Shown here: piece after piece, positions 1-12,420 of the stretch
How the letters are laid out: each line of letters begins with the position of its first letter
How positions within the stretch are numbered: the stretch's first letter is position 1
Source of the DNA: Podarcis filfolensis
Lineage: Eukaryota
Assembly: GCA_964270895.1 (NCBI GenBank)
Contig: OZ185435.1
DNA: 64,000 nt
Strand: one strand, 5' to 3'
Notes under the pieces: model-generated
Told to the model about the DNA's origin: nothing
What the model saw: only the letters and a program-made list of their open reading frames with translations
Databases searched by the model: none
Position numbers and translations under genes: made by a program

Positions 1-486
1 CCTGAGTCTTCTTACCACGGCCATTTCTGCAAGTCTGTTGTATATAAAACATGCATTGGTGTTTGATGTGTAGTCAATCCCTACATCATCTCTTAATTTA
101 GTGCTCTTGTTTGGGGGATAGTGCATCTTTTGCAGAAAGCACTGCATTTATTTGTACCTGGGAATATTGGTTACTTTCCTCAGATATCAATCATTGTCAA
201 TGCCATTGCATTGTGGAATGTTGTCATGGGGATATCACGGACACCACTTAAGAGTTTATGACACAATTAGTGACCAGCGACTCAGTTCCTCCCAGCTCTT
301 CAATAATATTTATTAAGGTGCAACCCTATGCACATTTACTTTGATTAAGAAAAAATGAATTTGGTGGCATTTTACCTCTGAACATAAGATTCTGCTGCTG
401 GCTCTTCAGTAATAAGGGCCAAACTTTGAATCTTACTTTCAGAATATACTTTCAGAATACAGTATACAGAATATACTTTCAGAATA

Positions 487-733
487 CAGGCAACTCCCGG
501 TTTAGGTGCATCTGATATGTGCACAACTGTGCGCACACACACACACACACACACAGCGCCAAACCCGGAAGTGACCCGGAAATATCATAAAGTCGTCACT
601 AAAAGGGCGGCATGGAGGCGGGGGCAGAATGGAGTGTTTTCTGGCTTTCTCAACGGGTGTTCAATTCCATGCAATTTCATGCAAGCATGCAATGACCTGG
701 AATTCAACCTCTGCACAAACAGGGAGTTGCCTA
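487..733. mobile_element. Tc1/mariner (pogo/Tigger-like) MITE
   Basis: TA|caggcaactcccggttt at left and aaacagggagttgccta|TA at right (imperfect TIRs, TA TSD); internal (CA)n. Confidence 0.8.
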
Positions 734-1192
734 TATAGCATTGGATCCCATTTGACTGTTCTGTGGACAGAATGGCTCCTTCCATACATGGAAGGCGCTG
801 AGATCTACTGGAGACTTCCTGCTGGACGACTGGTCAGGAGCCAATTTTCACCTCTCAGGCTGCTCTGGAAAGCCCCTCAGCACTCCAGAGCAGCTTTTGG
901 GGAGGCACGGGGTGGTATAGCTGGAATGAAGAACTGGCAAAAATCACATCTGCCTCCTTTTCTTCACTGTCACTGGAAGTCTACTAAGTACAGCTCAGGA
1001 TCTGACCCATAGTTGTTTGTGAGCTGTACAGCCCTTTGTCACACATGTAGCATGGTTTTCCCCTTTTTATCTTCTTGCTTTTGAGAGATTGTTAGGCTTA
1101 TTACATTTTTTTTAAAGTGCTCCTCTGCTTTACAACACATGCACAGAAATGGGAGCAAAACCGTTCAGTATTCCTTTAAGGATTGCTGAGAC

Positions 1193-1648
1193 CAGGGCCA
1201 GATTTAGGTTTGATGAGGCCCTAAGCTACTGAAAGTAATGGGGTCCTTTATATGTCCAGCTGTCCTTTGTCAACAACAAATTGTCACTGTTTTTCGTGTT
1301 GAATATATGCTATATGGTAATTTATGGACCTAATAGGTATGTTAAGCCTTTTGCACATGTTGCCATGAAACCAGTCCATCCAGAATGTAGGCACCCTATA
1401 TATATAAATGAGCAAACCAGGGATATTTTAAGGAGCAGGCTAGCAGGCGGGGGCCATTACTTACATCATAGGAGCCTACACAACACAAAACACTGTTACT
1501 GTATGTAGGTTTTATTTTATTTGTTTTTTATCTTATATTTTGGAAATGTACATACAGTTGGTTTTTTCGTTTAAATTTTTTTGGGGCCCCCCAAGAGAGT
1601 GGGGACCTAAGCTATAGCTTGTTTAGCTTATATGTAAATCCGGCACTG
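1193..1648 (+). mobile_element. hAT-type non-autonomous element
   Basis: TIRs cagggccagattta / taaatccggcactg; perfect 8-bp TSD gctgagac (1185-1192, 1649-1656); related copy at 21471. Confidence 0.9.
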
Positions 1649-1683
1649 GCTGAGACACAAACTTGTGTCAGTTTTGTCCAGTA

Positions 1684-1909
1684 CAGTGGTACCTTGGGTT
1701 ACATACGCTTCAGGTTACAGACTCCGCTAACCCAGAAATATTACCTCAGGTTAAGAACTTTGCTTCAGGATGAGAACAGAAATTGTGCTCCAGCGGCGCG
1801 GCAGCAGCAGGAGGCCCCATTAGCTAAAGTGGTACCTCAGGTTAAGAACAGTTTCAGGTTAAGTACAGACCTCCGGAACAGATTAAGTACTTAACCCGAG
1901 GTACCACTG
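1684..1909 (+). mobile_element. Tc1/mariner MITE (cagtggtacc family)
   Basis: TA|cagtggtacc...ggtaccactg|TA; same body as 23835-24092 and 46756-46997. Confidence 0.9.
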
Positions 1910-2336
1910 TAGTTGGAAGTGCAAGAAAATAGCATTTTAAGTCACTCTGAATACCAGTTGCAGGGAATCGCAGGTAGAGAGAAAGTACTGTTGTACACAG
2001 CTTCTGCTTACACACCTTTCCAAGTGAGTCTTGTTGTCCACTGTCAGAGATCAGGGTGTTGGGCTGCTGGGCCTTTGGCCTGATTCAGCAGGGCCCTTAT
2101 GTTCTTATTGTGTGTAAAAGGCTCCAGGGTATATGACCCACTAGAAACAAAGCGGCACATGATTTAACAGGGAAGGAAACGTACAACAATACAAGTCTCC
2201 CAGTGTTGTCTAATGAAAATGGCCTTGTTAGCCTTGTATTCTGTGGCTTTTATACATATTGAATTGTTTTGGCATATCTTTAAATCATTTAGCAGAAACT
2301 ATTTTTTTAAATGATAATAAGCTTGTTATGTTTCAG

Positions 2337-2365
2337 TAGTTATGCATTCCGCAGCTCTCACGCAG
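2337..2365 (+). other. Candidate small cassette exon (NAGNAG acceptor, GC donor)
   Basis: tgtttCAGTAG acceptor, CAG|GCAAGT donor; open as SYAFRSSHA; host gene unknown. Confidence 0.4.
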
Positions 2366-3176
2366 GCAAGTATGATGATGTCAGTACACTTGCAAGTTGA
2401 GACCTTTCGAAACCAAGAGGGTGTTTTTTTATGATATTTTTAATTTGTAGATATCCTGAAATTGATTTTTGTTGAGTTGATAACAGCCGTGGAACTCCCT
2501 CAAGGAATTAGAAGGCTCATTAGAAGAGAGTTACTGAATGGTATAAATAGCTTTTTAAAACCAGCCAAGGCAAAATACCATTTGATTATTCAAAGGGGAT
2601 TTTTTTTTAAGAAGAAGACTACTAATCGGTATCAGATTCAAACTACTTCTGTAATCTGTTCCCAGTTAGAATCTAAAATGTTATTTTCATTATTCATGCA
2701 TTTAATTAGTATATGTAATGATCAAGAATGTTTGAAATCAAGGGATGTTGGGTCATGGAACAATCTAAACTAACTCCACCCCATGCTCCAAAATTAGATA
2801 TATGTTTTTTAAAAAAGTAGAATCCCTTAGCCTTATTACTGCATTGTTTGCAAGGTTCCAAGAATGAGTTTAGACCAAGTTAATGGCCTTTTAGGCTTCC
2901 TCCACGTGAATAGGAGTTCATTTTTTGATAATATGCACATTTTGGTATGCAAATCTCTAATTTCCACACGGACAAACTGACATGGAAATGCAGTAGTCTG
3001 AACTTTATTAGAAAAATGAAAACAGAGAGGGACCAAAACAGAGAGGGACCAAAAAGAGTATGGCAAGACCATACTCTTGCATGAGTGGAAAGGCGCGTGG
3101 GAGGCAGTTTCATCAAATTGCCCTGATTTTCCATCTCACTGTGCCCATTCTGTGCCCATTACATGTTGTTCTAGAG

Positions 3177-3290
3177 CAGTGGTTCCCAACCTTTTTTTGG
3201 CCATGCCCCACCTAAGCATCTCTAAAATCCTGATGCTCCCCCCCATAACGTATAATTCTTATTACGAGAAATGAGCAGTTAACACCAAAA
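3177..3290 (+). mobile_element. hAT (Charlie/Buster-like) left-end fragment
   Basis: ttctagag|cagtggttcccaacc; no matching right end found; right boundary approximate. Confidence 0.6.
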
Positions 3291-4722
3291 CGCTTTTTTA
3301 AAGTCCCACTGGTTTCAGTGGGTCTACTCTAAGCCTAACTAAGGTGAGATCCACCCCATCATTGTTATATTCACAAACAAATTTAAACCCACAAAATCAA
3401 ATGTCATAAATGTCTAGATTACAATTTAGACTACGGGTACATTAGCACTCTGCAGCTTCCTTTATTCACTTTTAGACTGGTTTCCAATTTCCAGAGTGGA
3501 CTGGAGGACATTCAGTGAACTGGACCGAATAGGCCTCAGAACCAACCTTCCATGTGTGCTGCACAAGGGTACACTGCACAAGGCAGTTTTCCAAAGACCG
3601 CAGTGCTTAGGCAGCAGGAGAAATGCAGATAATGGTTGTAGATCTGAGAGTTCATTTGCGCACACTGGAGGTCCATTGTGGTCCATAAAGAGATATTAGT
3701 CTGGTTGTCAGTAATCAACATTCATACATACTGTGAATTACCTGGTCCTTTTTTCTTTTCAGGATTGCAGGCGGGCATGGTTCTCTGTTCTTATACAGAA
3801 TCATGTTAATAAGAAAAACATTTTGTTCTTGTTATAAACAGAATAAAGTTTGATGCAATTTCTCCAAAGAAGTACACTTTGTCTGGACTTTGGCCAGATA
3901 ATTGGATGGAAGAGTCATATTACGAAGAGTGAACAGGAAACATGAAGTTCACATTCAGTCCCTACTCATTGTAATTCACTTTATGGTGACTTGCTTAATA
4001 GCAGAATATATATCATTTCTACTGCTATCCTTCATGCATTTAAACTGTAATATCTTTTCCTCAATGGCTGCTTGTCAATTTCAGCGATCTAAATTTGATT
4101 TCATAAATTAACTAGCCAATTAAGTTTAGAGTTATGATTAGAATCAGAAGCAAAAGCAAATAAATATTAATCTACCACCCTGAACTTTTTAAAATCAACA
4201 CGGGCTCCTAGAATATTGGTGGTGATATTTGGCCAGCTTAATTTTCTCTGTCCATTTAGTATTTGATAACAAAAAATGCTCGACCTCCATAACTGTTGTC
4301 TGTGGTGATTTGACACAAAAAACCTAGATTAAACCAAAGTGTCTGGGACGCATACTATGCTATATTTACTCTTCCAAAATGATCAGGTAATGTCAGACAT
4401 GCTGAAAATAAGCTGCTATTTATGTCCAGGGCCATCCAACACACAACTGAACTGTTGTCATTCATCACATCCACCTAAATTTCAGGAAATCTGTAAGTGC
4501 AGGGGAAGAATGGTTGAGCCTAAAGGACTGAGAATGGTACTTGGTTGGGGTGCATAGGAATAAGGAAGAGAGGGAAACAGGAGGCATTTATAAGAGGGAG
4601 TGGAGGGAGGTGTTCTCACACCTATGAGCCTAGAATTAAATGCAGACAGTTCAGCATTTCTGATGGGTGCATTATATGCAAGATCTTTCTAGTAGATATT
4701 TCCCTTACCTATAGAATTAACA

Positions 4723-5084
4723 GGGACGCAGGTGGTGCTGTGGGTTAAACCACAGAGCCTAGGACTTGCCAATCAGAAGGTCGGCGGTTCGAATCCCCAC
4801 GACGGGGTGAGCTCCCGTTGCTCGGTCCCTGCTCCTGCCAACCTAGCAGTTCGAAAGCACGTCAAAGTGCAAGTAGATAAATAGGTACCGCTCCGGTGGG
4901 AAGGTAAACGGCATCTCCGTGCACTGCTCTGGTTCGCCAGAAGCAGCTTAGTCATGCTGGCCACATGATCCGGATGCTGTACGCCAGCTCCCTCGGCCAA
5001 TAAAGCGAGATGAGTGCCGCAACCCCAGAGTCGGTCACAACTGGACCTAATGGTCAGGGCTCCCTTTACCTTTACCTTTACCTT
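4723..5084 (+). mobile_element. Sauria SINE (Squam1), full length
   Basis: gggacgcaggtggtgctgtgggttaaacc head with B-box-like ggttcgaatcc, typical body, (cctttac)-type tail; degenerate TSD cctat(a/g)gaatt. Confidence 0.95.
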
Positions 5085-7299
5085 CCTATGGAATTCTCTC
5101 CCTGGAAAAGGTATGTATGGCCTCATTTCCACCTGCCTTTAAAATGGAGACCTTAAAAACAGATATATGAAAAGCATCTCCATTTCACTCAGTTGTTGTG
5201 TTGCTGCTTTTAATTTGGTCCTTTTAATTAAACTTAAAGTATAGTTCTTTGTTTTGAAATTGTTCTAAGCTACCTTCTAGGCAGTACTGGAGAACTGCTG
5301 CTAGTCCCTGTAGACGGTTCTGAACGAGATGGATCAGGGGGTCTCAGTCACCCTGTACTGCTTCATGGAAGTAAAAGGTATATGGGGCTCGAGGAGGCCA
5401 GTTCACTTCTCAACTCCTCTTCCATTTTCGATAACACCCAAATTTCCATGGTTTCTGGCATCTGATGATCATTTGACTCCTATTTTGTGGATGAGGGTCC
5501 CTCTTTGCTTTTTTTTTTTAAAAAAAGGGTTGGTTTTGTACTTCTGCCAACATTGGGTTCCCCTTATGCAAGCTGGTGCTTCCATCTTCTGCCACCTTTG
5601 GGCCCCATTTCTTTTGGTACATGGACCCCAAACTCATTAGAAGGAATGATAAATATGTATGTAATACATTGTCTATTCAGTGTAGTACCTCTTTCTTTGT
5701 GAACTATCATTATTGTGGATTTCATCGCACACATTGAGTCTGTGCAGGCTGAATGAAGTAAGATTAAGTGTGCGGGTTCCCCCCCCCCCCAGTTATGCCT
5801 TCACTTTGGTTAGCCACTCTCACTATTGATCTTTGTTTATAATTCTGTATATTCTGGAACTGTCCTCGAATGCATTCACACTTTATGGAAAAATGACTCT
5901 TAAAATATTGGTGTCAATGTCATCAATTGCTGTTTTCTCTACATTTCTCTCTCTCCTTTTATTACTCAAGCATTTTAGATCTTGAAGGCATACACCACAC
6001 AGTGACATGGCATCGCAAAATCTGAACACATCAGCAAATGTCACCAAAGTGTCATCTCTTTGCATCACAACAGCAGTTCGTTTTTCAGAAATGACACTTG
6101 CACTGGATAAGGATTGGAACGGGTTATAGTTCCAGATCTTAATTACATCAGGCATAGGGTTTGGGAAGAGCATTCTTCCTCATGGGAAAGGGCGGGGGAG
6201 AGCAAAGCTAAATTTGGCCATTCAAAGCTCTATGCATCCTTGTTTTATCTAGAGATAATAGGATTAAGTTACGCTAGGGGACTTCCATGACCAAAAGTGC
6301 CTTGCTGCCTTCAGCAGGGGTCTAATAAGGATAGATATAATTGGGTAAATAGTGAATAAGAATGAAGAAGAAAACAGCATAAGCAGAATGGGTCTTACTA
6401 AATGATGACAAATTGGACTCCATCCAATCTCTGTAGACTTGGATAAAATACAGCACCCGATGCTGAATGGCAAGATTTAACATCTCTTTCCACTTGCCTA
6501 AATTTGATGCTGGTAAACAAGGCCCATTTTAAGACTGTTGAAATAGGGTTAAAGAAGCACACTAAATTAAATGCATAAAGAGAAAAACAGCATGAATCAC
6601 ACTTTCATTCCCTGACCCACATCCATTTGCAGAACTTAGCCTATTAACAGTTAAAACACTTATATTTACTTTTTCCTCTCAACTCTGAGGAAAACTAATT
6701 CATAGCATACTGCCCCAGAGGAATTATTAATTAGCTCCCTCATCGGCATAGATTGTGTAATTTGTAAAATCTATTTAAATAAAATTCCCTTATTTATTCC
6801 ATTTTGTGTCAGGTCTTTTTTTTTTTTTAAGTGTGATTAGTAAGAATTTATCAAACTGTGGTGTCAAAAAACCCAAAGCTGTCCTGTCCGTCTCTGATTT
6901 ATGTCTATCAGGATAGGCTTCCTAGAGAGAGAGAGAGCCATTTAATCCTTCTTATTTTCATGATATGCCCAAATGCCACTGATTAATGGTGCAAAGACCA
7001 GCTGATAAGGCGTAAGTGCCACTCCACTGGCAGAGCCCATGGTGTGCCCATGAAAATCTCCATGCATGTAGATAACCCACCAACAGTGGTGAGGTAACAG
7101 TGTTTGAGGGGTGTATTGAGGGTGGCTGATGAACCACAACATCTCTCCTCATTCCCTTAACATGCCCTCAAAAGCAGCCCCCATGCATGCCAACCTCAAT
7201 CCTGCAGTCACCTACTTGGGGGTAAGTCTTGCTGTGCTTCTGAGTAGACATGCATAGGGTTGCAATATATGTATTTAAATCGTTTATACCACAACTTTT

Positions 7300-8080
7300 G
7301 ATATAAAAATTTCCTTGTTTACATTTAATGTGAGACCCTGGATGAAACACCTGTGCAACTAACATGCATTCAGAACATGAATGATCAGATTTGTTGGAGG
7401 GGTTGTGGTGCTTTTGGCACATACTGGCACATGTGGTGGGTTTGTCCTCATGTGGCTACTTTCTGGGCACAAATTCTTAAACAAATTGAAATCATTATTG
7501 GCTGTCCAGTGATCTTAGATCCCAAATCTTGTCTTTGCTTTTCCCCCTCAGGATTTAATGCTGACCTGCATTTAAAACCTTTGGTAATTTTCCTTTTCGT
7601 TGCAGCTAGACTGCTTGTAACACTGGGATAGAAGGGATGTCTCTGTTATTAATGTGAAGTGTTGGTATAAGAAAGCTATGTTCTTAGCTGCCTCAGAAAA
7701 AGTAACCCTGCTAAACCAATGGCGTTTGCTGCCACTTGCAGGGCTTTTGAGACACACATGAACAAGCAACATACGAAACTACTTATCCCAATGAGCTATG
7801 ACTTTATTTGAAATTATTTATGGCAGATGTCTTTGTTTGACAGATTGGTTTGTCCCTTTAACCCTCCCCTGCTTAACAGGATGGCATTCCTCCTTATCAT
7901 TTTTTACCTTATGCCTCTCTCTCTGCATTGTACTTACTTTTGTTATCCATGAAGCCATCTGGGGGCTGGTTTTGTTTTGTTTTTATGCTTAGTGTTATTG
8001 TATTATGATTTACTAGCGTTGCTGTCCTTTTTAAGTTTTAATACTAAAAAGGTATTTTTTTAAAAAAAATCAAAATAAAA
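7300..8080 (+). mobile_element. L1 LINE 3' fragment (ORF2 C-terminus plus 3' UTR), degenerate
   Basis: TPVQL...CWRGCGAFGTYWHMWWVC = L1 ORF2 cysteine-rich motif, then T-rich UTR and A-rich tail; boundaries approximate. Confidence 0.85.
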
Positions 8081-8084
8081 AACT

Positions 8085-8502
8085 GTGTGAACTGAGGGGT
8101 GAGCCCAACAAGACAATGACAATAACCCACCAACAGCAATCAAATCAATATGGCTAACCTGATCCAAAACACCCACCCACTCCACTCACACACAAAAACA
8201 AAGATCACCACAGCCAATCACAAATAAACAACCACACCCTAGGCCAACCCCAACCTCTCTCACCACCAAAGGAATACAAGTGAACAGCACAAGAAACGCT
8301 GACACCAAACCCTACATACATACAGAAACATCGCCACCCGACCCCACCCTCACCCATCTTCCCTCCCTCCACCCCTTCTCTCTCTCTCTCTCTCTTTTCT
8401 CCTCCCCCTAATGTCTCAACAAATGAAACGGATTTGTAAAAATGTTACATGGAAAAAATATGAGAGACATTACACTTACTTCTGTAAAACAAGAAAATCT
8501 TT

Positions 8503-8506
<4 letters not shown>
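8085..8506 (+). mobile_element. L1-type 3' UTR fragment of a second family
   Basis: C/A-rich body ending ...gtaaaacaagaaaatctttaata, as recalled for lizard L1 3' ends; followed by (AT)n. Confidence 0.5.

Positions 8507-8551
<45 letters not shown>
8507..8551. repeat. (AT)n microsatellite
   Basis: Direct reading. Confidence 0.95.
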
Positions 8552-8552
<1 letters not shown>

Positions 8553-8915
8553 TGAGGGGTGGGGTTAGCCCTTCTGCTGCCAACTTTAACTGGGCCATTT
8601 TTCATTGAATTTCTCAGAAATTTGGATAGATGGACTCTCTCACCCAGGGGGTGCCTGACAGGGCAAACCATGTTCATTGTTTTCCCAGAGAATGTCTTCT
8701 ATCCTAACTAGAATGCCACTCCTGTGACTCTGTAATACACTAAGGTTGCAATTCTATAAACACTAAGTGTAAATTCTTAGTATAAGTTCTTGGAGACTAA
8801 GACAAAGTGTCTTAGTAAACACTTAGGATAAGTTCAGTGGGACATGCATAAGATTGCACTATAAGGGACTAACTCATTTGCCTGCTGTATCCTTCCCACC
8901 ACCTTTCATATGCAT

Positions 8916-9046
8916 CAGACTTTCCAAGTGTCCCTATTTTCCAGTGACGTCCCTGATTTAGAGAAGCCACCCTGGTTTGATCCCAGAGTGTCCCACTTTT
9001 CCTTAGGACATCCCTATTTTCAATTGAGAAATGTTGGGAGGGTCTG
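8916..9046. mobile_element. Non-autonomous DNA element (TIR cagac...ccaa)
   Basis: cagactttccaa / ttgggagggtctg imperfect TIRs; internal gtccctatttt repeats; no TSD seen. Confidence 0.55.
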
Positions 9047-9249
9047 GAGTTATTTGAACCCCAAGCTGTCTGAAGGCAACCCTGTATAGGGAAGTTTTTT
9101 TTTAAAAAAGGTTTGTTTGTTTGTTTGTTTGTTTGTTATATGTTAGAAGCTGCCCAGAGTGGCTGGGGCAACCAAGTAAGATGTGTTGGGTATAAATAGT
9201 AAAATTATCCTTGTGGAATGGGACGTCCCTATTTCCATTGGAAATACAT

Positions 9250-9790
9250 TAGTAGTAGTAGTAAATATTTACTTTTCCCCTGATGGGACTCAATGCAACT
9301 TACAGATAAAAACAAGAATCACTAAAAACATAGAAAAAACAATAATTAATAGACAATTAAACATATGCATCCTGTTTAAAACATAGAAATAATTACATTA
9401 AAAACAGCATGGCACCAACCCTTTCATTAAAAGCAGCCAATTCCCAAAATCCCATTGGAACAAGATGGTCTTCACCTGCCAGAAGAAGGACAACAAGAAG
9501 GGAGTCAGTCGAGCTTCTCCAGGGAGGGAGTTCCAGAATCTGGGATCATCCACCATGTCCCCACCAAGATTGTCTGTATGTGTAGTGGGACGAAGAGAAG
9601 GACCTCCCCTGAAGATCTCAAAACCCAGGCATGTTCATATGAGGGAATATGGTCTTTCAGATAGCTTAGACCTGATTCTATGATTCTATACCCAGCATTT
9701 TGAATTGGGCCCGGAAGCTGGCCAGTAGCCAGTGGAGTTGTTCTAGCAAGGCGTGTGTCACTGTGGCCAAATCAGACATCTCAAGGAACT
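9250..9790 (-). mobile_element. L2 LINE 3' fragment, old
   Basis: Minus-strand translation ...LEQLHWLLASFRAQFKML (L2 LHWLP..FR.QFK motif) followed by L2-type 3' UTR; boundaries approximate. Confidence 0.75.
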
Positions 9791-11684
9791 TGCTTTTGTG
9801 TCCAGGAGATTCCTGCTGCCAAGTCTCTCTCCCTGTTGGCAGTCCTCTTGCAAGCAAGAGACCAACTGGATCAGCCCATAATTGTGCTGTGTGTAAATAT
9901 GCAGCATCTCTTTGAGTGACTATGCTACCGTGAGCCAGAATATAAACCTCTGCCGCATTTGTAAGCTGGTTCACACATCTGAAAGTAGTGTGTGGGCAGG
10001 AAATAGGCAAAAAGGCATTGTATAAAGCTACAGGGACCAATTGAATTAAATGGGGAATAGGTTGCAACAAGCAACATATTGAAGATTCCTTTGGATAAAA
10101 AAAATAAGGATCCTCTTAACGGAGAGAACTGGGAAATGTGAGTCTGAGCACGAGCAAGTTAAAAGTATAATTAGCAGCGCTAGAGTGAAATACAGAACAT
10201 GAAGTTGCAGAGAATAGTTCAGCAAACAATACGGTATTTGTCAAATATATTTGCAGAAGACAGAAAGTAAAAGAGAAAATTAGTTCACGCAAAAATGAGA
10301 GTGGGGAATTGGAGACAGACCGATCCAGAAATAGCAGACTTCTTTCCATCTTCACTAAGTATTTTACTGGCATGTGAATCGTCCCGTTAAAGGGAACTAC
10401 TAATGGATCATCTGGTCCAACACACTGTTTAGTAAATTGCTTTGAAGATCTGGCATTAAAGATGAAAGCATGCTGTGGTTTGCCATTCCAGCCTACAAAG
10501 AAACAAATATTTACAGTTCTACGTTTTGCACTTCCCTTCTTAATTGATGTGTGATACCTTATATTTATGTGCAATTTGCCTTTGATTGCTTATGATTTTA
10601 TAGTGCCCAGTTCTGCAGTCTGTTTCATAGTGGGAGCAGGGAGGCAGGAACAGCTGGCAGATTTCCAGTCTGTGTTGCACTGCACTGGGAGCTTAAATGC
10701 TGGTGAAGAAGCAAGCCGCACATACCACAACTTTTCCTAAGAGCTGTCACAGTAGCTTAGGCATCTTAACAATGACTTTAGCCTAGGTCTCCTAGCAGTA
10801 ACACAACTGTGTACTGGCAAAAAGCTGTCACAAGAGGATATTTGGTTATTTTTAGGTGTCATTTGTCTGGTGTACACAAGAATGTGTGAATGTGATGAGC
10901 AGGGGCTTGAGGACACTCATCAGAGAGCCAGGATTGGCTGCAGCTCCTTCCTGATTGGACACCGGGGAACATACCTTGTTTTATAGCTGATTTTTCCCAT
11001 GCACCACTTGAATATTGGTGGGTGTTGGCAGGCAGCTTAAATTATTTTTCTGCCCATTGCTCCATTGTAATGTACTGCGCTAGATGCTGTACAATTTTAA
11101 ATTGCATATTTATTACTTATTTCATATATTGTATTTTATCGTATTATAATTTGAATTCCATATAATTCAAATCAGAATAAAATATAAATAATAAAATAAG
11201 CAATGCAAATTAAATTAGAAATCAATATGAATATTTAATGCTGTAGATGTGCCTGTTGTGTTAAACTTCTTAATTCTAGCCTCCCATTAACTTTGCTGCT
11301 AATCCTCTCAACTCCTTTCAAGGCTTAATAAGAATGTGAAAGGATGGAGAAATTTGCTCTTTTCTCGCCACCAGTAAAAGCGATAGTGTCTTAATTCTAG
11401 CCTCCCATCAACTTCATGAGATAAAATATATTAAAGATTCGGACTACATGAATGAAGCTTGCAGACTACTGGTGGTCCACAGACCCCAGTTTGGGAACCT
11501 CTGTTATAGCGGATGACACACAAACAAGTATGGCAACACAGGCAATCAATACACCTATGTTGGTCCAGCCTATTAGGAGTCTACTGTTACTGGATTTCTT
11601 TCAACCAGGAATAAGTGGCAGCGTCTGCCTGTTCCAGAGTGGAAATTGGGGGAGGGGATCTTTTGGAGTAATGGACATTTTAGT

Positions 11685-11870
11685 TAAGATCATAAAAAGA
11701 GCCTCCTGGATAAGGCCAGCGGTCCATCTAGTCCAGCATCCTGTTCGCCCCATGGCCAACCTGAAGCCTATGGGATGCTCACAAGCAGGACCTGTTTGCG
11801 ATAGCACCCTCCCCACCTGCTGATTGGAGGAACTGGTATTCAGAAGCACATTGCCTCTTCACAAATGGAG
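11685..11870 (-). mobile_element. CR1 LINE 3' end
   Basis: cataaaaagagcctcctggataaggcc...catctagtccagcatcctgtt, the reverse complement of a CR1 3' UTR; similar relics near 2040-2108, 33940-34110, 37580-37680, 61750-61815. Confidence 0.7.
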
Positions 11871-12261
11871 GAGGCTGAATATATAAGAATATAATATGCC
11901 AAATTTCTGTAAACTGCAGTCATTTACTATGAAAACAAATATGTGTTTAATTAGTTAACATTAAGATTAAAAATGCTGTTTCCCATGATTTTAAAGTGCC
12001 CTTTCGAATTCATTCTCTCCCACACTTCTAGTGAAAATTCCTTTTAAAAGGATCTGGGTCAGGGGCAGCAATGGGTTTACAGTTTCCTGGAGCCAGACTG
12101 GTGCTAGTGCAGCAAAAAAACAAAACCCAAAACTGGTGATTTTCTGGCCCCCAATTTCTATCCTGGCCAGGACTAGTCAGCAGGGCTGTGGATGTTGCGT
12201 TGCATCTGCCACTATGTGCCATTCAGCCTCAGTTTGGATTGATCTGTGACTTAATAGGTAG

Positions 12262-12420
12262 CAACTGCACCAGTATATACTAGAGTGCATTGCTGATCAT
12301 GCCAGGGTTGCAGGTTTGATCCCTGTATGGGGCAGCTGCATATTCCTGCATTGCAGAGGGTTGGAGTAGATGATCCTCAGGATCCCTTCCAACTCTACGA
12401 TTCTTTGATTCTACTATGAT
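12262..12420 (+). mobile_element. tRNA-head SINE with CR1-type tail
   Basis: caggtttgatccctgtatgg B-box-like region, then ttcctgcattgcag...cttccaactctacgattct tail; same family as 26558, 37136, 63630. Confidence 0.8.

Noticed and set aside
2372-2459. C/D box snoRNA-like pair (ATGATGA ... CTGA)
   Set aside because: Terminal stem is weak, no recognisable rRNA guide, and it sits right after a putative donor rather than near an acceptor
6909-6919. caggataggct matching the 3' half of miR-26
   Set aside because: Seed and 5' half are absent and there is no hairpin
10116-10574. 152-aa minus-strand ORF
   Set aside because: No recognisable domain and low-complexity F/L/S composition; only its internal splice acceptor is kept as a weak candidate
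10930-10960. Two reverse CCAAT boxes as a promoter
   Set aside because: No CpG island or other support; the motif is common by chance
11269-11414. CRISPR-like repeat-spacer-repeat
   Set aside because: Only two repeats, vertebrate DNA, no cas genes
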